Shown here piece by piece: positions 1 to 6,499 of a stretch of DNA of 12,777 nt. The notes under the pieces were generated by a model. That model was not told the origin of the DNA, searched no databases, and saw only the letters and a program-made list of their open reading frames with translations. This DNA comes from a virus (taxonomy: Duplodnaviria > Heunggongvirae > Uroviricota > Caudoviricetes): IMG/VR virus record IMGVR_UViG_2579778842_000009, one strand, 5' to 3'. Position 1 is the first letter of the stretch; each line of letters begins with the position of its first letter. The translations under genes were made by a program, and so were the position numbers.

Positions 1-238
1 TTTCACGTTCCAGCTCTTTCAGACGCTGACGTTCAGCGCTGGTGAGCCCACCATCACCGCCCCCGGTATCCCGCTCATGCTGGCGAACCCAGACACGCAG
101 AGTCTCCGGCGTACAGCCAATCTTTGGGGCAATGGAACAAATTGCCGCCCACTGTGAGTCATATTCATCCTGACTTTCCAGAACCATACGAATCGCCCGC
201 TGACGGACTTCGGGGGAAAAACGAGTATTTTTAGTCAT
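1..238 (-). CDS. IS3-family transposase OrfA (HTH DNA-binding subunit), N-terminal 79 codons; 3' part lies outside window
   Basis: Reverse-strand translation from ATG at 238: [79 protein letters not shown]. This is the typical IS3-family OrfA N-terminus, with a GAGG ribosome-binding site about 9 nt upstream. Confidence 0.8.
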   Translation of the reverse strand, partial: MTKNTRFSPEVRQRAIRMVLESQDEYDSQWAAICSIAPKIGCTPETLRVWVRQHERDTGGGDGGLTSAERQRLKELERE

Positions 239-292
239 CCTGTTTACCTCTTTCTCAGGGAGTTTAGTCTCCAGGATTTCCGGGGCGGTTCA
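1..292 (-). mobile_element. IS3-family insertion sequence (IS629/IS1203/IS3411-like), left end only; continues beyond window start
   Basis: Minus strand from 292 reads TGAACCGCCCCGGAAATCCTGGAGACTAAACTCCCTGAGAAAGAGGTAAACAGG then ATG of orfA. The TGA-initiated terminus and the orfA leader match my recollection of the IS629/IS1203 left end. The boundary at 292/293 is inferred from where IS30-like coding sequence begins. Confidence 0.65.
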
Positions 293-640
293 GTCTCAGT
301 AAATCAGGCTCTTACCGACAAATTCCTGAGTTTACCGTCAGAACTCAGAAAATCACTGACATGGGACAGAGGAATGGAACTGGCCAGACATCTAGAATTT
401 ACTGTCAGCACCGGCGTTAAAGTTTACTTCTGCGATCCTCAGAGTCCTTGGCAGCGGGGAACAAATGAGAACACAAATGGGCTAATTCGGCAGTACTTTC
501 CTAAAAAGACATGTCTTGCCCAATATACTCAACATGAACTAGATCTGGTTGCTGCTCAGCTAAACAACAGACCGAGAAAGACACTGAAGTTCAAAACACC
601 GAAAGAGATAATTGAAAGGGGTGTTGCATTGACAGATTGA
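293..640 (+). pseudogene. IS30 transposase, C-terminal fragment (N-terminus missing due to IS3-family insertion)
   Basis: Frame is open from 293 with no start context. Translation VSVNQALTDKFLSLPSELRKSLTWDRGMELARHLEFTVSTGVKVYFCDPQSPWQRGTNENTNGLIRQYFPKKTCLAQYTQHELDLVAAQLNNRPRKTLKFKTPKEIIERGVALTD matches the IS30 transposase C-terminus as I recall it. Stop TGA at 638-640 lies inside the inverted repeat. Confidence 0.8.
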
Positions 641-1322
641 ATCTACAGCGGCTTTCTTTAATGATTGTTCGGCGGATATGATCGCTCCAGGTATCCCGGC
701 GATTATTGCTGCCACGGGTGAGGTAATATTCCGCCAGTTGCTCGTCATACTGCGCCAGTGCGCCTTTATCCAGCGGTTGATAGCTGTTTTCATGCACCAA
801 AATGGAGGCCGGTAAACGCGGCTTAAGATCCGGATTATCCGCAGGCCAGCCAAGGCACAGCCCAAACAGCGGCAGAACATGCTGCGGTAATTTAAGCAGT
901 TTCGTCACCGCTTCAATATTATTGCGCAGGCCGCCGATATATACCCCGCCCAATCCCAGCGATTCCGCTGCGATTAATGCATTCTGCGCCATCATTGCCG
1001 TATCAACGACACCGAGCAACAGTTGTTCCGCCAGGCCGAGCTGAGCATCCGGACAGATCTGTAAATGGCGGTTAAAGTCGGCACAGAACACCCAGAACTC
1101 CGCCGCTTGCGCTACGTGTTTTTGCCCGCCGGTCAGCGTCACCAGTTCTTCACGTAACGCTTTGTCGGTAATGCGAATAATGCTACTGCACTGCAAAAAA
1201 CTGGAACTGGACGTCGCACGGGCGCTGTTAATAATCGCCTCACGCTGCGCTTCGGAAATGGGTTCATCAGTGAAATGGCGAATGGAGCGATGGCCACAAA
1301 TAAGTTCAATGGTTGGCGTCAT
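591..1322 (-). CDS. nfsA: Oxygen-insensitive NADPH nitroreductase NfsA, 3'-truncated by IS30: native sequence to about codon 225 (648-1322), then 18 IS-derived codons to a stop at 591
   Basis: Translation MTPTIELICGHRSIRHFTDEPISEAQREAIINSARATSSSSFLQC...TWSDHIRRTIIKESR is E. coli NfsA. After KESR the native C-terminus (PFILDYLHKQGWATR as I recall it) is replaced by CRFNLSMQHPFQLSLSVF, read from the IS30 inverted repeat. Confidence 0.85.
   Translation of the reverse strand: MTPTIELICGHRSIRHFTDEPISEAQREAIINSARATSSSSFLQCSSIIRITDKALREELVTLTGGQKHVAQAAEFWVFCADFNRHLQICPDAQLGLAEQLLLGVVDTAMMAQNALIAAESLGLGGVYIGGLRNNIEAVTKLLKLPQHVLPLFGLCLGWPADNPDLKPRLPASILVHENSYQPLDKGALAQYDEQLAEYYLTRGSNNRRDTWSDHIRRTIIKESRCRFNLSMQHPFQLSLSVF
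622..647. repeat. IS30 right terminal inverted repeat
   Basis: Sequence GTGTTGCATTGACAGATTGAATCTACA on the + strand; its reverse complement begins TGTAGATTCAATCTGTCAATGCAAC. nfsA coding sequence resumes immediately at 648. Confidence 0.6.
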
Positions 1323-1593
1323 TATCTTTTTCTCTTTCTGAACGTGAATATTGCGGTGGACGGTTCATCAGCTGTGGGGCAAGACGTTTTGCCACCTGAA
1401 GAATAACCACCACCGCAGCGGGAAGCATGAGCAAAACACCGAGAAAAATCATCAGAATCTGCACTTCTGGCCGAGAAAATGGCTCAGGCAGCGACAGGGA
1501 GTCGCTTACCGACAGCAGCGCCACCGCCAGTAGCATCATTCCGATAAATTCCAGTATCAACACGCCTTTAGGCAATTTACCGATCGCGCGCAT
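1306..1593 (-). CDS. ybjC: Small inner-membrane protein YbjC (DUF1418), first gene of the ybjC-nfsA operon
   Basis: 95-aa ORF MRAIGKLPKGVLILEFIGMMLLAVALLSVSDSLSLPEPFSRPEVQILMIFLGVLLMLPAAVVVILQVAKRLAPQLMNRPPQYSRSEREKDNDANH with two hydrophobic helices. Its stop overlaps the nfsA start, as in E. coli. Confidence 0.85.
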   Translation of the reverse strand: MRAIGKLPKGVLILEFIGMMLLAVALLSVSDSLSLPEPFSRPEVQILMIFLGVLLMLPAAVVVILQVAKRLAPQLMNRPPQYSRSEREKDNDANH

Positions 1594-1752
1594 ACGCTTC
1601 CCTCTGCAAAGTGAGCCTTCAGTCTAAAACTTTTCACTGTATTGTGTTTAACAGTTATAGCTTTTAGCAATTAATGCAACAGGTTAAACCTACTTTCAGC
1701 GAATACATTTTAGCGTGATCATTACAGGCATAAATCTATGAGGAGAGAAATA
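1594..1752. promoter_or_regulatory. Divergent promoter region for ybjC-nfsA (minus) and grxA (plus)
   Basis: 159-bp AT-rich spacer between divergent starts. grxA is a known OxyR-regulated gene in E. coli; I did not map a specific OxyR site or the -10/-35 elements. Confidence 0.4.
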
Positions 1753-2010
1753 ATGCAAACCGTTATTTTTGGTCGTCCGGGTTGCCCTTACTGTGTGCGT
1801 GCAAAAGATCTGGCTGAGAAATTGAGCAATGAACACGATGATTTTCAGTATCACTATGTAGATATTCGTGCGGAAGGGATCACTAAAGAAGATCTACAAC
1901 AAAAGGCAGGTAAACCCGTAGAAACCGTGCCGCAGATTTTTGTCGATCAGCAACATATCGGCGGCTATACCGATTTTGCTGCATGGGTGAAAGAAAATCT
2001 GGACGCCTGA
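1753..2010 (+). CDS. grxA: Glutaredoxin 1
   Basis: MQTVIFGRPGCPYCVRAKDLAEKLSNEHDDFQYHYVDIRAEGITKEDLQQKAGKPVETVPQIFVDQQHIGGYTDFAAWVKENLDA with CPYC active site. GAGGAGAG ribosome-binding site lies 5 nt upstream of ATG 1753; the longer ORF from 1738 (MRREI...) is probably not the true start. Confidence 0.9.
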   Translation: MQTVIFGRPGCPYCVRAKDLAEKLSNEHDDFQYHYVDIRAEGITKEDLQQKAGKPVETVPQIFVDQQHIGGYTDFAAWVKENLDA

Positions 2011-2019
2011 TCGTCTGAC

Positions 2020-2052
2020 AAGCCCTCGCGTTGAGGGCTTTACTGATTTTTT
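2020..2052 (+). terminator. Rho-independent terminator after grxA (hairpin shared with the convergent ybjM 3' end)
   Basis: Stem AAGCCCTC (2020-2027), loop GCGTT, stem GAGGGCTT (2033-2040), followed by TACTGATTTTTTCTG. The T-run is present only on the + strand. Confidence 0.6.
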
Positions 2053-2417
2053 CTGTGCTGTGGTTTAAACAAACTACTGATAAATAAGAAACACAGTGCC
2101 CCCAGCGCACACCAGAACACCGCACTTAATAACCATGCCAGCTCTTGCCAGAATGAGCGCGTCGGTGAAAAAAACAGCCGCATAATGAGCATCGAACAGG
2201 GTGCCGCCAGCATTGCGCCAAACAGAGGTTTCAGGACTTCTCTACGCTGTGAAAAGAAGCTGGCGACTGCTCCAGGAAGAATGAAAAATAGCAAGCCGAT
2301 TTCAGGATGCCCGGCAGCCCGAAAAGCGCCTTTCATGTGCGTCGCCAGAAAAAGGCACACCACAATGAAGAGGACAAAACAGCAGATTGCCCCCGCCCAA
2401 CGTTGTTTATGTTTCAC
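2040..2417 (-). CDS. ybjM: Inner-membrane protein YbjM
   Basis: 125-aa hydrophobic ORF MKHKQRWAGAICCFVLFIVVCLFLATHMKGAFRAAG... matching E. coli YbjM, in the conserved position between grxA and ybjL. Confidence 0.85.
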   Translation of the reverse strand: MKHKQRWAGAICCFVLFIVVCLFLATHMKGAFRAAGHPEIGLLFFILPGAVASFFSQRREVLKPLFGAMLAAPCSMLIMRLFFSPTRSFWQELAWLLSAVFWCALGALCFLFISSLFKPQHRKNQ

Positions 2418-2686
2418 TCGTTCCTCCTGACACTGCGTCTATCGAACACATTTTTCGCCAGTGTGGCGTTCAGTAAGATAAAGCCGCTTCGCATTCCATG
2501 CTAATATAGGCCAACGCAATTCATATAGCCGTTGATACCTAATGTGATTACACTAGTAAAATATATTGTTACTTTACTATCGTTTAGGTGCGCTGAATGA
2601 ATCTGCGCCCTGAATTCTGGTAAAAAACATTATCGTAAATTACCATTTCTTTCAACAGCTTACTAGTAAACAAGAAGTTAGCCTCC

Positions 2687-4372
2687 GTGAATATAAACGT
2701 CGCCGAATTGTTAAATGGGAATTACATTCTGTTATTATTTGTGGTCCTCGCGCTTGGGCTATGTCTCGGAAAGTTACGACTTGGTTCGATCCAACTGGGT
2801 AATTCCATTGGCGTTTTAGTCGTATCGCTGTTATTAGGCCAACAACATTTCAGCATTAACACCGATGCGCTTAATCTTGGCTTTATGCTGTTTATTTTCT
2901 GTGTTGGGGTTGAAGCCGGACCGAACTTTTTTTCCATTTTTTTTCGCGATGGGAAAAATTACCTAATGTTAGCACTGGTGATGGTTGGCAGTGCGCTGGT
3001 GATCGCCTTAGGGTTAGGTAAGCTGTTTGGCTGGGATATTGGCCTGACGGCCGGTATGTTAGCAGGCTCTATGACGTCGACACCGGTTCTGGTCGGTGCT
3101 GGCGATACACTGCGTCATTCCGGCATGGAAAGCAGGCAGCTCTCACTGGCACTGGATAATCTGAGCCTCGGGTATGCCTTAACCTATTTAATCGGTCTGG
3201 TGAGTTTGATTGTTGGTGCGCGTTACTTGCCGAAATTGCAGCATCAGGACTTACAGACCAGCGCCCAGCAAATCGCCCGCGAACGTGGCCTGGACACTGA
3301 TGCCAACCGTAAGGTTTATTTACCGGTGATCCGCGCCTATCGCGTCGGCCCGGAGCTGGTGGCCTGGACCGACGGCAAAAATCTGCGTGAACTGGGTATT
3401 TATCGACAAACCGGCTGCTACATTGAACGTATTCGACGTAACGGGATTCTGGCAAATCCAGACGGTGATGCCGTGCTACAAATGGGCGATGAAATAGCGT
3501 TGGTAGGCTATCCCGACGCCCATGCCCGACTCGATCCCAGCTTCCGTAACGGTAAAGAAGTTTTCGATCGTGACCTTCTCGACATGCGTATCGTCACTGA
3601 AGAAGTGGTCGTTAAAAACCATAACGCTGTAGGTAAACGTCTCGCACAACTGAAGTTGACCGATCACGGTTGCTTCCTTAACCGCGTCATTCGTAGCCAG
3701 ATTGAGATGCCGATAGATGACAACGTCGTGCTTAACAAAGGTGACGTTTTACAAGTCAGCGGTGATGCCCGTCGCGTAAAAACCATCGCCGATCGCATCG
3801 GCTTTATCTCGATTCACAGCCAGGTCACTGACCTGCTGGCATTTTGCGCCTTCTTTGTTATTGGGCTGATGATCGGGATGATCACCTTCCAGTTCAGCAC
3901 ATTCAGTTTCGGCATGGGGAACGCTGCCGGGTTGTTATTCGCCGGAATTATGCTGGGCTTTATGCGTGCTAACCACCCGACCTTCGGTTACATTCCGCAG
4001 GGTGCATTAAGCATGGTGAAAGAGTTCGGCTTGATGGTGTTTATGGCAGGCGTTGGTCTGAGCGCCGGTAGCGGTATTAATAACGGCCTGGGCGCGATTG
4101 GCGGTCAGATGTTGATTGCCGGATTGATTGTCAGTCTGGTGCCCGTGGTTATCTGTTTCTTGTTCGGTGCTTATGTATTGCGAATGAACCGCGCGCTGTT
4201 GTTCGGCGCAATGATGGGCGCACGTACCTGCGCGCCGGCAATGGAGATCATCAGTGATACAGCTCGCAGTAACATCCCGGCGCTGGGCTATGCGGGCACC
4301 TATGCAATCGCCAACGTCCTGCTGACGCTGGCAGGGACAATCATCGTCATGGTATGGCCAGGATTAGGATAA
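2687..4372 (+). CDS. ybjL: Putative transport protein YbjL (AAE-family transporter with two central TrkA-C/RCK-C-like domains)
   Basis: 561-aa ORF with GTG start ([29 protein letters not shown]...), hydrophobic N- and C-terminal halves and a soluble middle, matching E. coli YbjL. Confidence 0.9.
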
Positions 4373-4484
4373 AACTGAAGTTGCCCTGAAAATGAAATTT
4401 TTTTGCACAACCGCAGAACTTTTCCGCAGGGCATCAGTCTTAATTAGTGCCACTGCTTTTCTTTGATGTCCCCATTTTGTGGAG

Positions 4485-4530
4485 CCCATCAACCCCGCCA
4501 TTTCGGTTCAAGGTTGATGGGTTTTTTGTT
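4485..4530 (+). terminator. Candidate rho-independent terminator downstream of ybjL, on the host side of the prophage junction
   Basis: Perfect 10-bp stem CCCATCAACC (4485-4494) and GGTTGATGGG (4512-4521), followed by TTTTTTGTT. The 17-nt loop is long but can form an inner CCG/CGG pair. Confidence 0.5.
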
Positions 4531-4607
4531 GCCTGAAATTTAAGATGTTTAAAATCATGATGTTAGAAGCACTGTTTTTTAACGATGGCGACAAAATGGC
4601 GGCAGCG

Positions 4608-4826
4608 TCAAAGAGAGAGCGCCACCTGTCCTGATTTCATTGGATGCGGCTGAACTGGATTCGACTCTTTTGGTGTTGCAATCGAACGAACAAAAGTTTC
4701 ATGGGTAACAAAAGTATGGCTGCAGTTAATGTTCTGGCACTGGTTATAACGCTCTTTGGTCAATGAAGATACCTGAAAACTGCTGCGAGTATGGGCGGCA
4801 CTTCCACACAGTGGGCAAATCATCAT
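4608..4826 (-). CDS. ogr: Ogr/Delta-family zinc-finger late-gene transcriptional activator
   Basis: MMICPLCGSAAHTRSSFQVSSLTKERYNQCQNINCSHTFVTHETFVRSIATPKESNPVQPHPMKSGQVALSL has the CxxC...CxxxxC zinc finger and resembles P2 Ogr (72 aa). GGGGAGA ribosome-binding site lies about 9 nt upstream of ATG 4826. The longest ORF extends to 4859 (MNLAKMGRTRK...) but that extension is probably untranslated. Confidence 0.8.
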   Translation of the reverse strand: MMICPLCGSAAHTRSSFQVSSLTKERYNQCQNINCSHTFVTHETFVRSIATPKESNPVQPHPMKSGQVALSL

Positions 4827-4863
4827 TTTTCGAGTTCTCCCCATTTTTGCTAAATTCACAACA

Positions 4864-4890
4864 ATGATACCGTATTATTCCATTTTGCAA
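4864..4890 (-). promoter_or_regulatory. Candidate sigma70 promoter for ogr in the D-ogr spacer
   Basis: Minus strand reads TTGCAA, 15 nt, TATCAT within the 57-bp gap between the D stop and the ogr ORF. Spacing is suboptimal, so this is weak. Confidence 0.25.
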
Positions 4891-4916
4891 ACTTAAAAGT
4901 TCTCCATTGCGAAGAA

Positions 4917-6017
4917 TCATTCCATTTCGAAATCATCAATCCTCACTTCAAGCTCCAGACTGGTCGTAAAACCGTTATCCGGGCTGACGGTATGTGTCAG
5001 GGTGGTAATGGTCCATTCCGCATCATCTATCGGCTGTTTAAAACCACTGACCTTCACAGACATTTCCGTGTAGAGATCTGCCCGCCCTTCTGCCAGTTGT
5101 AGAGAAAATGACGCAACGCCGCGTTGCAGGCGTTCCCACTGCATTTTCGCCGCTCGTTCGGCGTTGCTCCGGTTGGCATAGGTGCGATTAAGTACCAGCA
5201 CGTTTTCATCCGTACCCACCAGGTAATCGCCCTGCTTCGCTTCTGGCTCTTTCTTCTGCTTCTTAGTTCTGCGCTTACGCTTCACCGTGGTGCTTTCTTT
5301 CTTCGCAGGTTCGCGGGTATGCAACCAGCTGGCAATTACGCCCGTGTAGGCTCCGCGATCTGCCAGGGTAAATCGGTGACTGTCGCCGTCCTTGCGTGTG
5401 ATAGTGATCACTGGCAGAGGTTTACCAGTGGCGCTTTTGCCCTGCCCCTGCCGGATGAATAACAGATTGCCATTTTTCACCGACGCGATGGCACCGTACT
5501 GTCTCGCCAGCCGCATCAGAAAACTGCCGTCACTCTCATTAGTCTGGTCTATATGCTCCACGGGCTTATCCGACAGGTCTTTACCCAGTGCCATCTTCAG
5601 CTTGTGCCGCGCGGCAATTTCCTGCACCACTTCCCCGACGGTGGTCTTATGCCACGATTTTTCACGGCGGGTATTCAGCGTTTCCCGAAAATCAGCACTT
5701 CGCGCCCGGATAGTCAGGCGGTCCGGTGCGCCAGTGTGTTCAATCTCGTCCACTGTGAATGCCCCTTTCGGGAAAAGCGGCTGCCCCTTCCAGCCCAGCG
5801 CCAGCGTAATGACCGCACCACGGCGCGGCAGCACGATTTTTCCGTCAGCGTCATCCAGCTCCAGATCAAGCTGGTCCGCTTCAAAGCCCCGGTTATCCGT
5901 CAGCGTCAAACTCATCAGGCGGTTATCCAGCACAGTGGTGATATCCCTGCCCTCAATACTGATGCTGAATGCGGGAGTTTTGTTGCCTTTGTTAAGCAGT
6001 TCAGAGCTGAAATTCAC
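4917..6017 (-). CDS. D: P2 gpD-like tail protein (phage late control gene D family)
   Basis: 366-aa ORF immediately upstream of ogr and overlapping the U stop by 4 bp (ATGA), in the position and about the size of P2 D (which I recall as about 387 aa). Confidence 0.8.
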   Translation of the reverse strand: MNFSSELLNKGNKTPAFSISIEGRDITTVLDNRLMSLTLTDNRGFEADQLDLELDDADGKIVLPRRGAVITLALGWKGQPLFPKGAFTVDEIEHTGAPDRLTIRARSADFRETLNTRREKSWHKTTVGEVVQEIAARHKLKMALGKDLSDKPVEHIDQTNESDGSFLMRLARQYGAIASVKNGNLLFIRQGQGKSATGKPLPVITITRKDGDSHRFTLADRGAYTGVIASWLHTREPAKKESTTVKRKRRTKKQKKEPEAKQGDYLVGTDENVLVLNRTYANRSNAERAAKMQWERLQRGVASFSLQLAEGRADLYTEMSVKVSGFKQPIDDAEWTITTLTHTVSPDNGFTTSLELEVRIDDFEME

Positions 6018-6499
6018 GACAGCAGCCCTCCCACCGTTTTACTGATATCGCTTAAGGCAGACGTTGCCGTGTCCTGCAGATTATTCAGTTGCGCACTGAG
6101 ATCACCGAACATATCGGACAGGGATTCATCCACTCGTTTGAGCGACAGGGTGAACTCAATCCGGCGCGGCATACCGTCGCGGAAAAACTCCGTTTTAGTC
6201 TGATTCAGTCCCTCAATCACATACATACCGTAAATCGTGCCGCTGCCTTCAATCAGGGGCCATGCTTTCCCCTGTTCTGCCATCTGCTCCAGTGCCAGCA
6301 ACGACAGCCTGCCGCCTGTTATCTCCGGCATAAGAACACCGGAAAGCGTCAGCATGTCGTTTTCCGGTCCCAGAAACTGCGTGGACGGACGTCGGTTTAC
6401 CCGACTGTTTGCCGCATGTCGCCAGCTGCGTTGATACTGCAGTTCCTGATACGGCACGGTGCGCAGCATAAACACGTACAATCCCAGCACCATCATCAT
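6014..6499 (-). CDS. U: P2 gpU-like tail protein
   Basis: 161-aa ORF between T and D with ATGA overlaps at both ends; size matches P2 U (which I recall as about 159 aa). Confidence 0.8.
   Translation of the reverse strand: MMMVLGLYVFMLRTVPYQELQYQRSWRHAANSRVNRRPSTQFLGPENDMLTLSGVLMPEITGGRLSLLALEQMAEQGKAWPLIEGSGTIYGMYVIEGLNQTKTEFFRDGMPRRIEFTLSLKRVDESLSDMFGDLSAQLNNLQDTATSALSDISKTVGGLLS

Larger units (their letters stand above)
293..647 (+). mobile_element. IS30 3' portion (about 355 bp, including right inverted repeat), 5' part displaced by the IS3-family element
   Basis: The open frame 293-640 encodes the IS30 transposase C-terminus, and the reverse complement of 622-647 is TGTAGATTCAATCTGTCAATGCAACA, an IS30-type terminal inverted repeat. 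Confidence 0.75.

Noticed and set aside
560-1044. ORFs 560-880 (minus) and 802-1044 (plus) overlapping nfsA
   Set aside because: Alternative-frame or antisense ORFs inside nfsA, whose frame gives a full-length match to NfsA.
1351-1627. Plus-strand ORFs antisense to ybjC
   Set aside because: Embedded in the ybjC membrane-protein gene; His/Arg-rich or low-complexity translations.
1738-1752. Extended grxA start (MRREIMQT...)
   Set aside because: The ribosome-binding site GAGGAGAG lies inside this extension and is correctly spaced for the ATG at 1753, which gives the known 85-aa glutaredoxin.
1883-2504. ORFs antisense to grxA and ybjM (1883-2125 minus, 2185-2430 plus, 2307-2504 plus)
   Set aside because: Overlap the conserved host genes on the opposite strand with no start signals.
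2722-3667. Minus-strand ORFs inside ybjL (71, 128 and 63 aa)
   Set aside because: Antisense to the 561-aa transporter gene, whose identity is clear.
4485-4521. Possible tRNA 3' fragment serving as a phage att site
   Set aside because: The GGTTCAAGG segment superficially resembles a T-arm, but there is no acceptor-stem/CCA arrangement and the hairpin plus T-run fits a terminator better. Integration next to a tRNA is not supported.
4531-4607. Terminator for ogr on the minus strand
   Set aside because: GGCGAC/GGCGGC motifs are direct rather than inverted repeats, and no hairpin with a following U-run is present on the minus strand.
5124-6203. Plus-strand ORFs (112, 217 and 216 aa) overlapping D and U
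   Set aside because: Antisense to two collinear, translationally coupled P2 tail genes. No ribosome-binding sites, and the translations are Arg/Ser/Leu-rich noise.
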